The position numbers were made by a program, and so were the translations under genes. The notes beneath the pieces were generated by a model that worked only from the letters and a program-made list of their open reading frames with translations, was not told where the DNA came from and did no database searches. Shown piece after piece: positions 12,072 through 24,274 of a stretch of 64,000 nt of DNA; the stretch's first letter is position 1, and every line of letters starts with the position of its first letter. Source of the stretch: Perkinsus chesapeaki ATCC PRA-425 (taxonomy: Eukaryota > Protista > Perkinsozoa); the NCBI GenBank assembly GCA_013115145.1, contig JAAPAO010000110.1:10564-74563 (forward strand). The letters are read 5' to 3'.

Positions 12072-13981
12072 CTAGATTTCTTCTGAAGAATCTCCTCCCC
12101 TCCCCCTCACCAAAGCCTGTGCATGTTTGATAGCTTCATAGAAGTCCTGAAGATGCAGAAGTTGAGCATATGTGATGGGTAAAGAATCCGACTCTGATAC
12201 ATGAAGGGATGTCGATGACCTGATTGCAATGGAAATTTCGAATTCATTCACTTAATTATATTTACACTTTCCTGGCAGCCTCAGCCCAGTAGTCTGTATC
12301 CAATGGGGTTCCATGAGGAGTTGCCAAGGCACTTCCCTCATCCACGTTGTAGTTCCCAAGGGTCTGCTGCCCATGCGGTATAAACTCAGGAGCATCTTTG
12401 GAGAGCTTCCGAGTGGAGCGTGAACCTTCTGCCGACTTGGCGGAGCCTCTACGGCCCGACTGAAGCCCATTGATCATGACGTTCACTTGTAAGGCTTCTT
12501 TTGTATACCTTGCCGCCGCTGCGCTCTTCCACAGGAACAACACTAACTTTCTTCTCTTCTTTTTTTTCAGTCGGTTTATCTTCCTTTTGTACAGCTTCTT
12601 CTTTCTCCTTCGGTGAGGAGGCTTCGGTGGCCTGTTGAGTTCCCGCAATCTTGCCTCTGAAATTCACACCAACGTCCGCGTTATAGTTGCACGCATGCAC
12701 AAGACGACGCGTCAGTGCAGATTACGCTGCAATTAGACGTTCGAGCGCCTTTGGGCCTCCGGGGAAGTGGCGGTACTTGGTAACTGAGAAAAGGAAGGTA
12801 GAGGAAAGGCCTAGAATGCAGAATAACAGCGGCGGGATTCGAACCCGCGCCCTTTCGGACTAGCGCCTGAAGCTAGCGCCTTAGACCACTCGGCCAAACT
12901 GTCGCTGGAATTGTTGATCATATCTTACCCAGGACGTTGGTTGGAATGAACTTTCCACCTTTCAGAGATAGCTCGAAGGTTACTTCATCATCTGCTGTCG
13001 GATACCTGCCCACCAGTACCTCACGTCGCTGAACCTGAGCTCACCAGAACTCCTTTCCACCAGAATCTTTGAAGGAATCTTTTGTGATTTCAAGATCACC
13101 CTTAACCTCGTTTGAAGATACCATCCCTCGACCTCTCTTCACCCAATACCTATTCCGCCAGATAACAACTCGCCTATAATAAGGCAATCACCATTGAACC
13201 TTTCCACAATAGCGGTAATTCTCCCCACTAGAGGACTTCCCAGCGACCGAAGAGCTCGCGGTTGTGCCGGATACCGCTTGTGAGTCTTTCTTAACATCAC
13301 CCTCGGCAGACTTTTCTTTAGTAGGAGAGTTCGCTGCTGTTGTCGGGGCCGTGTTCTCTCCTGCCTTTTTGGCCTTGCCACCGCCCCCGCTGCTCGGCTT
13401 GGTGGGAGGTTTATGAGTTTTACTAACAGTTGGCATGTGAAGTGGGCTACTTAGTAAATAACACTTCCTCATCAACCATCCTTCATTGACACACTCCAAC
13501 GCTACTGCACTGAGGATGGACAATCCGGTATATGCGATACCATGGCACTCTTCAGAGGAAGTCACCAGTGGGTATTTCTGTCATCTCTTGCTCGATTTCA
13601 AGCACCTATCAAACTCTATCCCCCGGTATCGGCGACCCTCACTGTTTCGTTCACTTCTTCTTTCATCACTGACGGCTCATAAAGCTCCACACCTCCGCCC
13701 GATCCCCTGCTCTCTTTCTCTTCGGAAAATAGGTATCTAACCCCCTATCAGTCCCCAGCTTCCACAATCATCCACCTTGGATCACCTCCAAGCAGTATAT
13801 CCTGCTGAGGCTGCAAGACTGAGTGCAGCGAGGCTCACAGAGCCTCCCGTCATAACACCTACTTGATGATAACACTACAACCCAACGAAGGGCTGTCCCT
13901 ACCGGAAGCCACAGTAGCTGCTGCCGCACCACAGCCCACTGTACAAGCCCCTGCTGCAGCTGTCAAGAGAAGCTCGGCCAT
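12072..13981 (-). CDS. Multi-exon protein: hydrophobic N-terminus, degenerate cold-shock (OB-fold) domain, PAM2-like motif
   Basis: Spliced by eye to GKVQWYWVKRGRGMVSS...DDEVTFELSLKGGKFIPTNVLVTKYRHFPGGPKALERLIAAGKIAG... and LSKDAPEFIP (PAM2-like). Splices around 12784-12928 keep frame. Confidence 0.55.
12824..12903 (-). tRNA. tRNA-Leu(CAG), intronic
   Basis: GACAGTTTGGCCGAGTGGTCTAAGGCGCTAGCTTCAGGCGCTAGTCCGAAAGGGCGCGGGTTCGAATCCCGCCGCTGTTA: D-arm, anticodon stem CTAGC/GCTAG with CAG, long variable arm, perfect T-arm. Acceptor stem has one U7-C66 mismatch. Confidence 0.9.
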
Positions 13982-14464
13982 GGAAAATGGCAAATACTAA
14001 ATACTACACCGTATTACCAGTGGTAATTCGAAACTCACTCGTGGTAATTTACCACAAGTGAGTTTCGAATGCCCGAGGTGGAGATGAATGTATACGGATT
14101 CTAACCGGATTGGACTAACCCTACCACAAGAACTGAAGCCAATAACAGCGTGCCGCACTTGAGACCTCCCCAGCAGTTAGTTCCCGAAATCTGGACATGT
14201 CCCATCACGGGGGAGGATGAGGAAGGTTCCAGCCACATAGATATCAAACGGGAGGGACAGCGCGGAAACAGAATTCACACCATTTGCTGATTAACGATTA
14301 TTGGTGGCGCAACAACCGGCTCAGAGCCGCAAACAAGTCCTGACTGGACGAGAACGGTTGAATATCAAAAGTCTTCAGAATAATCTATGATCCTTCCCTG
14401 GGAAGAATGGGCAAGGAATTGTTGAGTATAAAGCTAAGACGGTCTTAGACTCTCGGTAAGACTC

Positions 14465-15070
14465 TTAATAAAGACGAGATACATCCTTCTTTTGCAGACG
14501 GAATACGCGAATGGTGCCTTCAATTGTGCTTAAGATATCAAGTGCTCCACCATCAGCATTGATTTGATGAGAGGCCCTGTCTAAAGGAGATGCATATTGC
14601 ATAAGAAGAGGCCTAATATGGTCAGGATGTATCCCCAGCCCTAGTAGAATTCCAACTGTACCGGTCACGAACGGAACAGCAAATGAGGTACCACTCTTTC
14701 TGTAATACCAACCATTGTACTTGACAATAACATCGGTACCAAAAGCAGCTATGTGTACTTGAGGGCCATAGTTGCTCCATGCTTCGAGGACATAGTCATT
14801 ATCCCCAGAGAGCGCTCCGAGACAAATGATATTAGACAGCCACTTAGCCACACATGTGTACCGTTGAGAATCATATTCACCATAATTGCCAGCCCCAGCA
14901 ACTACAATGATATTCTTCCGTGCCATCTCTTCAAAAGCTCTACGATAGCCGTCAGACGGATTGCGCCATGAAATTGATAAAGAGACAACCTCCACACTAA
15001 TATCCATTGCGAGATCAAGCCCCTCAAAGTCATGAAGTGACGACGTCGCCGTACGGTCCGATGGTGTCAC
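14465..15070 (-). pseudogene. Subtilisin (S8) C-terminal half; N-terminal Asp/His catalytic region not found
   Basis: IVVAGAGNYG (oxyanion Asn), WSNYGPQVHIAAFG and catalytic SGTSFAVP present. Upstream sequence is low-complexity and lacks D and H motifs. Confidence 0.6.
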
Positions 15071-18000
15071 CGGACCGTTGGGCGTGATAGAACCAGGTGG
15101 AGTAGGAGTAGTAGTTGTAGACTACAACTTGTAGTTGTTGTAGTAGGACGAGGAATAGTACCTACATAATAGAGACGATAATGGTCGTACAAGGCTCTAA
15201 GGCTAGCTGCAGCTGCTGCGCCTGGGCCACCGCCACCAGCAATGACGCTGGTAGTGGTGGGAGGCGCCAAGGCCTCTTCCCCGGTCTGGGGTTGAGACCA
15301 TTGGAACAATGGTGATAGTGATACGATAATACATAAACTAAAAAAACTAATAAAAATAACTTACAGCTTATACTAATAATAATAAATGCTGTACAATGAA
15401 TTATGTGAAGACGTGATGTTTCTGACAACTAGCGTTCTAGCTTGAACTACCGTTACGCTGAGCTACGATCGATCGACACAAATTTCTTAGCTTGGCTAGC
15501 GTCGCCAAGTGAACTGTCAATCGAATTCAGTTTGTATTTAGTTTAGAATTTACCCATAAATGTCCTACTACTATTAACTACCACTACTATTCGCGTACCT
15601 GTTTCACCCTGTAGTTCACACTATTGGAGTTGTTGTTGTTATTATTGTTCTTGTTGTCGTTGTTGCGTTGTTAAAGTCGTTAATTAGTAAAATGGCCTGA
15701 TCGAGGACACACCACGAGCACTTACCGCGTTATTCTTACCTTTGGCTCTTTTATCCCAGTCTTCTCCGGGGTCACATCCCGGGCCGCTTGCTTCCTCCGA
15801 GTTACCAGTGGTGGGCGGTACCCTGCATTTGAACCGTGTTACTCTTGGGAGGCTTATCCCAGGACTGTCAGAGTCCCTTCAGTTACGCTGCACTTTTCGC
15901 ACGGCCATGCGACAGGTCTACCGTGATCCCACCAATCCGAAGCTTGGAGCTGTGACAGGAGGAGGTGATTGTGATAGGATCCGTACGCTTGGATTTCGTG
16001 TTTCGGCTTCTTCACAATACCTCGTTAATACCCGTACGCTGTCTACAAGAAGTGCTTTAGCACTCTAAAGTCATGGTCCATGGTGAGGGGTGGGTAGTAT
16101 ACGTATTGTAGATGCATTACTACTGTCGTAGGAGAGTAAGGTAAGTTAGTATGGTTCTTCTATTATTTACTATAAAACCGAGCCCCGAAGGAAAGGTGTG
16201 AGGAGTAGGACCTGTATTGATCGAAATTCGAGGCCGTTGATTTTACGGAAATCGCAAGGCCATTTCTGACATTAAAACTTCATATGGAAATTTCCATGGA
16301 AATCGTTCCACAGAGGAAACTGTTTTTCTGCTCCGCCGGCGAGCAGCGGTGTTCCACCCTGCTCAGTATCCGCTCGATATCATAGAGTGAGCCTGATCTC
16401 ATCGCCTGTCGAGTCTACAACGGTAAGTGCCGGCAATAAACCACTATCAGAGGTCCACTGATATAAGCCAACACTTACCGTTATAGGCTTCGTATAGGCT
16501 ATATGGTTCCTGTATCCTGATGTACTATAAAGATACGAAAACAATATAGCCTATACGAATGCTTCTGTGTTTTCCAGCTGGGGACGAATAAGGGCCGCTA
16601 TGAGACCGACTCGGCCAAAATGTTGGTTGGACTCGGTCTGACCGAGTCCAATCAACATTTTGGCGGCGCACAGAGTTTGTGCTACAAACTTTGTACCACA
16701 AACCGTGCGGCACAATGGTGCCCAGTTATCCTCATCACACATCGCTCTTCGCCAGGACACGAGTCTCCGTGGCATATAATGAAGAGAATAAGCAGACTCT
16801 AGCCACTCTTTGATAGAGCGGTAGGTCCCCCAACCGACGATTACGCGAATAGACCTATGGGGGGAACCCAAGGGATGGGCGTCATGGTACTTTTATTCAA
16901 TGAAACGCTTTTCATATGTCACGGGTGCTATTTCGATCGATTGACCATTTGGTTGCTGGCAAGCAAGTTGTTAGTCCTTATTTGCGGAATTTGAGTTGTT
17001 AAAGCCCGCCAGTGTCCATCCCAAAGATCCTGCACGTTCTAACATTACACAGGAGAAGTTCGTTACCTGTTTGTCATTTTTCTCGAAATTTCTTCAATTA
17101 TGTTAAATTCCCGTTGGTTGCATTTTATGGCCCAATTTTCATTTTTGACAACCCTGGATCGAATGATAACATATATTAATAGAAATATCACCTACGATTA
17201 TTAAGGCTCAATAACTAAGTTTATCTATTAATAATTATAATAATGAACAGCTCCCACGTAAAAGTAACCCTCCAAGGGCAAACTTATTTTGTGGTAGCTG
17301 GAAGGCCCGCCTGCTCTCTACTAAAACTGCAATTCAGTTCACACCTATCCGAGCGCCGACTTGAAGACCGCATCTTACCCCGAGTTACCATTCAGCAACC
17401 AATACGATACAACACAAGTCACAATAGTCAGCACAGCGACAAGTACATGATTTAAAAGCCTTTAGTAGGAGGCAGACAGATCAGCCCGGTCCAGTATGAG
17501 ACTCACACTTCCACAGCCCACCATGGTGATTCCGGGCATATCCATGATATTGGTGTCTGGACAAAAAAAGATCAAGCGTATCTCATCCGACAGATTACCT
17601 TTTATATTCATCAAAAATGAATCCATGTCGCTCAAACGGTCGAGGCTTCGCGTCCTCCGAAGTCCCCTGTTGATGTGGTGGGACATCGACCTCCTCTACA
17701 GGTTGCTTTGTATGGACTGCTCCAAGCCCCACTGAATCAACGCCCCACTCCAAGTAACGCCACTTAGCCTCCTCCCACCTTCCCTATTGAATTGCTCCTC
17801 ACCACAGAGCTGCGATGGTCTCCAATGACCAGTTCTCACGTCCAACGCCCCTGTCCACGGTAACACTTTAGTCAAGCCCGCAGGATCACTACAACCCGAA
17901 CGATGTGATATTTCCTACCACAGTTCCTACAAATCAAAGCCACCAGTGGCCTCCTTCTGTTCCTCACTCAACTTAGTCGCCTCAACCAGCGCCCGCCCAG

Positions 18001-20942
18001 CCTTGCTCTTAGTGTCTGCTACTGTCGGTCCAATTGTTGTCCTCTTGTAGTGGACTGAGCTGTCGTTCGGGCGCGCCATGGAGAAATTCCAGACATCATC
18101 CCTCTGAAAACTCATCGACATGCGGTGAACTCGGTATGGTACATCACATTTGGTTTGCCCAAAGCAAGTGAAGTCGAGTTGATGTGACCGTCAGCAGATG
18201 TGCCTCCAGAAGGACACGCTACATGCGGGGTAGTGTTCAGACTATTAAGCTTGCCGCCACGATACCTGCACGGGATCTGTGGTGGATATTAGTATCACTA
18301 TATAGAACTGTTGATAATATGTGCTCTAGAGTAGAAATGAAACATGCGCTGGACTAACAATTAGAGGAGGCGGCGGCCCTACACAATATGCCTGTGTGTA
18401 GCTACTGCATACGTGTTAATTATTGTCAGTGACGGTTAGAGACGAGCACCACAATTAACCCTGATTGCTGCTGCTGCATTGACACCACTGTCTCGGCATT
18501 ATATAGTACAATTCCACTGCAGCCTACCACATACTAATAAAACACTATGGTACTTTCCTACTATTGCCCGCCACCCGTCATCACCCGAGGTTCAAGGCCC
18601 GCAAGATATACCCATATTTCCTCCTACCAATATCGAAAGTACCCCTTCCATCGACCCGTGCCCTACTACCCCTGATCCAACAGCACTATACCATCCCGAC
18701 CAGTGCCGTCTGCCGAGAAGGAATTACTAATCGCACGGATTCCATACATAATAAGGAAACCCTACCCTTTCAGCCACCTTCCGTTGAACACAACACCAGA
18801 AGGACATACCGAAACTTAGGCCCACATTCGACGAAGGTCATCTTCATCATCGTAACGTCCGTAGTCACCAGCATCCTTGATTACCTTCCATGACGGAGGC
18901 TCCACAGTATCCTCCGGCGTAGCCCGCCCGCAGATCTAAAATAGAGAGGGCAGTCAATAGGAGCAGCTTAGTGCCTACATTCGTTAATAGGAAATCTGCC
19001 GTTATTTTAGCAAGCGGGATTTTCTCAACATCAGTTCCCTTTGCAAAACAGACAATGCCAGGGATGTCCTCATCCAGTCTAGTAAGCAGGCCACCACCAA
19101 CAATACGCTTTCTATCGATGCTTGGTAACTGTCAAGAATGCTCGAAACGAGGAATGATAAACTGTATTACCCCAAATGAATCCTGACTTCTGAATGCCCG
19201 AAGTGGAGTGCCTTCTACCAAATCGTGATCGTCCTGGACGTGACTGCTCATGCTTGAAACTGCGACAACTTTTCCGAAGTCCGAGTCTGCTATCCAGCGG
19301 GATAAGGCTCGGCCAAAAAGACGCTTTTTCTTGTACGAGGTACGCAGTTGTAGGACCTAGAGAACCGCTACACTACACGCCGGAAGCAGACTTTCATTAC
19401 AGACTCGAACTAACTATATATTCCAGAAATCTATCACGCGAACGTGATCCAGAAGCAAGATTAAATGTTAGGGCTGGAGGGAATGCATCCTCGGCCACTG
19501 ATGGCTCTGGAAACATATTTCCCACCAAAGTTACATCCAATTTATGCATAACAAGTGCTTATTGAGGGACACATTTTCGCGGGACTAGGTGGATCCTTCA
19601 ATGTAATTTCCTTTTTCGCGCGATGGATTTCTGTAAGGAGATCGTTTTTCAAGTTCAGTGCGAAAAGAAATGACGCTTGACATTTGATGAAAACACTTTA
19701 ACGGAGAGGGTGAAACCGAATCCAGTTGGTTCATCCACCGAGCGTAGCTTAACAAAACCTTCGCCTTTTTACCAAGCAATCGCTCTCCGCCCCAGCGTAA
19801 AGCTCCATTCCAGTAGTAACAGTGTTCCCATCATCCAAGGTCTGCACTAGAGGATCGATATAAGGAGAAGTGAAGACACCAATACGGTGAAGCTGATAGG
19901 GGGATCACATGCAGGATCAGTCGAGGCCAGTTGCCATTACATTCATGGACTCGATTAGATAGTCACAAGCCAGCCCTTCAATCGATGCAAAACTGCCGCA
20001 TGCGACTATCAGATTTTTCCCTTTCAACGAGAAGTCATTTAGTTGCCAGTAATCCAAGTCGTTTGCCGTTGACGACTCTGGCACGCGTACTACAGTGCCT
20101 TGAGAGGGGCTCATGTTTGTGAACAACTGATAATGTTGAAAATATGCCACATACGGTTGCATCCTAGGATTCTAGTAAAAACGTTTCAGAAGAACGCTCT
20201 TGGAAATCCTTTTCGGAAATTGAACTTCCCATCTGAGGGATCATCAAGCTGATATTAAGGCATTTTGGTACACTTATACAATTAACCACGCAAGCGTGTT
20301 GAAGTCCAACAACACTCGTGACGATACTGCCATAGATAATAATAATGTTTCGGAATCACCAATGCCAGTTTTAAGGTACGGCAATAGTCCTTTTTCAATA
20401 GCTCTGCTAATAGTGACCTTTCTTTTGATGGTTCATCACTATTGTTATCTTGCTCAATCTTGTATATTCTCAACGGTGCGGCGTATGACTGTCCCTCTAA
20501 ATTAGAGGCTCCAGTAAAATCCTAATACTTGTTACTGCACAATCGTAACACAACAATGTAGTAATAGCGCTCATTTATGTCGATATGCGTTCATAAGCGG
20601 TCTACCTTTTTGAGACGCACAATTACCCCTATTTTTATACCAACAACAACTACTCCCTATGCGAGAGCAACAAAACGCTCTCTACCTTTGATTGACAGTT
20701 TTATATGCATTTTTGGGCACTGTATAGCCGCCCCTCGTCGGGGCAATTTTACGACAAGAAGGCAGAATTCTCTACCATGCCCGGATGCCGAATAGTTTCC
20801 GAAGCTATTCGCCAGACGCGTGCAGTGAAATATCCCAATAAAAGACCCTCCTGGCCTTGCCAGGATGGCAAATCTAAATTCATCTTTTTTAGTAAACAAA
20901 AGGGCAGCAGTTGATGGATAGGAAACTATGGTTAGCAATGAT

Positions 20943-23900
20943 TTACGTTCCTTCAAAGTACTTGAGTCCATTGATATCGCCAACTAGCAAATAGTTAGAT
21001 ATCAGGGGTCCCGGAGCTGGACACAGAAGCTGTAACACAGCATTGCTAGCATTCTTGTCACCACCACCGCTGCCGCCTAGCATCAATCCAGCATCACCAT
21101 AGGTTACTGACCGGACCCAAACGAGGCCGGCCATATTTCCAGTAAATACCTGAATCGCGAAGACTGTACGTTAAAGACATTGTGTAGCTGTAGGCGCCAT
21201 AGTTCCGATCAAATGAGCTACAGTCGACAGAAGGTTATTTCCGGCGGCCAGGTTAGTAGGTAGCCGACCAGCACCAGGGCCGGACTGGCTAGACCAGCTA
21301 GTTGACCATTGACGAAAAGTTGAACTCCAGTTAAGGTTAACGACAGCAGGTCAAGCCCACAGATATTTGTACTAGTTTCAATACTAAGCTTTGAACGAGA
21401 ATGACTTGACCCCCTTACTGCCCCCCCCCCACAATCAGCGCTTTTGAAGCTCTGACCATTACTTACATCTTCAAGCTTGGGCGCGACTATAACGGCCAAC
21501 AACGAATCCTTCAGCTCGGCCGGATCGCCCTTCCACAATTCTACTCCCGGAGGAGTGGTCTGTGTTGTGAGCTTGCATAGAGTTACACTCCTCAACGGAA
21601 CAGTGACATTATGTGGATTGAGTTCACGCAAAGCTCCGAAGAAGTAATCCCGAACCTGATCGACAACAAGCAGATCGCTAACAACTTAACAAGATCGACC
21701 TACCCTATTAGTATTCAGCCACTGCATCCTTGCCGCATCTGTCGGCACCACTCCACCAGACTTCGGCAATGGCACAACCTCGACCTTTGGTTCCTTATTT
21801 CCCTCATCATCAGGAGACTCTAATCCATCCAAATATATCATACTGGCGACAGGATCGTTGGCTAGCTTATTCGTATCAGATCTCAGCCGAGCAGCGTCAC
21901 CTGAAACGATGACGAACAAGATGGAGATTCCCGAGTGTTAACAAGAGTAACCTCAATAACAGCTATACGCCGACTACAACTCGTAATTCACCACTCAAAG
22001 TGCTATAGGGATCAATGGGATATGTCATTTCATTTTCGTGAAATTAGTACGTTCGTAACTGGCGAATCGGCAGCAATTTGCTGGCAGGGGAAGATAACCA
22101 GTACCACTGTGCATATTTTCATACTCTTCTCAAGCTTTAGCCCCAGTCCTTATCATCTGCGACGAAATGCAGATGCGTCAATGCTAGTGACCGCTAATCG
22201 CCCAGTACGGCGTACGAATTAAAAAAAGAATCCCTTCGGAAAATCGAGATTTCCTCTCGAGCTCCTCTAACCCTACCTGCGGCATCATCCCCATAATATG
22301 AAGCCAGGTCTTGATACAGCTCGTTGTCATCAAGTACAAGTACGATATCTACTTCGTAAGCCGATATTATAGTCTTTAATAGCTCTGTCGATGGCTCCGC
22401 TGGTGCATTTATAATGAGACCCGATCTAGCAATATTCCTGAAGGTAACCAATAACTATGCAACATCACCAGGAGTGCCACGAACTTCCCAAATATTATTC
22501 TCATAACTTCATTGTGTCATGGCTGAGGAGTCAGCACGTCCCCGAGCTAGCATAATGCTACCGCGTGTTTATTAAGTTAGGGCCCCTGTATAATCCAGCT
22601 AGTAGCATTTGGCTCAAAACTGTTGCAGAGTTCATACCATTCGAACGGAGTAACACTACTTCAGGTCTCTTTTTATCTCTATCTGTATCAGCTAGGATGA
22701 AATCACTTTGATATTTTCTACTTATTTCCCGTAAAGTTACGAAGTCGAAATAATTTAATTAAATTCTTCACGAGATTTTCAGTCCTCGACAACCATGTTG
22801 CAACTGGAATGAGCTCCTCCTCCTTCTCCTTCTCACTTTGGTCCTCCGCTCATCTTCTCTATCCCCGATCCTGTACTAGGCTGTACTGCAGCATGCTTCA
22901 GCCTCGACTTCACCGTCTCAGCCAGCACTTTACACCACCAAGTATACACTTGGGGATTGTCAGTCCAATGCTTGTAGCCGTAAAAATACCTCAATAGGCA
23001 ACCATACAAACCACACCCTCTCATGGCAAGCCTACCACAAGCTCCGGCCTAAACGATTTGACAACTGATCCATAGTTCCACCAGCCTGAACTGCCTCGAA
23101 TGAGTTAAGATCTTTCGGAGGTTGACTGATCTTATAAGTAGCCGTCGGCTCTCTATCAAATTCATAACAACTACTATCCAGTATAGTAGCATTAATCGTT
23201 CCCGGCAAGTGTGGCAGCTCTCTAAAACTTCCCGTACACCGCGGATCTAGCTCCACAAAGATCGGTCGCCGATGCTTCCGAAGAGCAAAGTTCGCCAACA
23301 TATAAGCCAAAGTCGACTTGCCACTCGCAGCCGACCCGCAAACCAGCACTCTAGGTGGCGGACACATTGCCGTACCAAGCTCGGTAGCCCTCTTCCGTCT
23401 CTGTTCAATTATCGATGCCACACTAAAGTAATGTGGCATCGTAGCGTTGGTCGCATCGTATTCCTGTACTGTGGAGCCACGTAGCTCTACACAGCAACCG
23501 TGCCATGTATACACAGCCAGTTGAGAGCCAGCTGAAGACAAGACCGTCCCGATCGGGGTAAGCTTATTATTACGTCTTATAACATATTCGTTTCCCAATA
23601 CAAGCTCCTTGCCGAATATCTCAGCACTGGCGAAGGTATCAGGCACCTTTGAGTGTGCCTTCAAGACAACAGCGCCCTCTTTAGTTGCTCCAGGATCCGT
23701 ACTCGGCAGAGGAGCCAGAACCTAACCAAAGTACTGAGACGCCGTAGACCTTCGAAGCGCGAATTTCCATTAATCCTTATAACGCTGCTCTCAAAGGTTT
23801 TAGAGATTCCCAACGAAAAGCAATTTCCAATCACATTTTTCATCACAACCGACAACCCACTATCAAAATCTCTCGCGCAGGATATTCTCAGGATTCTCCC

Positions 23901-24007
23901 CAGATGACCACACCGCCCTCGACTGCCCTTGCCCCCAGCTAGCCCCTTACTACCAGTCGTAGCTCCGTGCCTGGTCGAAGCTCCTTAGTCCTTTGCAAGC
24001 CGATCAT
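20943..24007 (-). CDS. CLP1: Polyribonucleotide 5'-hydroxyl kinase Clp1 (multi-exon)
   Basis: Exons TKELRPGTELRL; AEIFGKEL; Walker A GSAASGKST followed by PIFVELDP; SGLIINAP..AYEVDIVLVLD; LPKSGGVV; LLAVIVAP; LCPAPGPLISNYLLVGDI, in the order of the Clp1 N, P-loop and C domains. Confidence 0.9.
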
Positions 24008-24274
24008 TTGTAGATTCTCCTGTTGTATAGATGAACCCACATGTGTCGGACCGCTAATAGAGCCGCCCTCAGCACCATATCCTCCAGTCGTTGCTGCTTG
24101 ATGCTGTAGATTAGCCTAAAACCAATACAGATTTTCCAAGCCTCCGGCCACCCTCATTCGAGCCCTACAATTCCCTCACCGAATACATACAATATAAAAA
24201 CTATTTAGTCCATAGAAAATCGAAAGGAGCCATGTAAATTCTCGCAAAATTCCCTTTCCTATAATTGCATATTT

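Noticed and set aside
12860-12885. tRNA-Sec or UGA suppressor reading because of TTCAG in the loop
   Set aside because: Stem CTAGC/GCTAG fixes the loop as TT-CAG-GC, so the anticodon is CAG (Leu).
18560-18830. RKVAERVGFPYYVWN resembling MnmA
   Set aside because: No flanking PP-loop or other MnmA motifs; the frame probably overlaps an intron.
22602-22617. Relict spliced-leader-like words (also 100-109 and 28235-28249)
   Set aside because: Only partial, gapped matches to the dinoflagellate/perkinsid SL (CCGTAGCCATYTTGGCTCAAG), not placed upstream of a credible start and with no SL RNA/Sm-site context.
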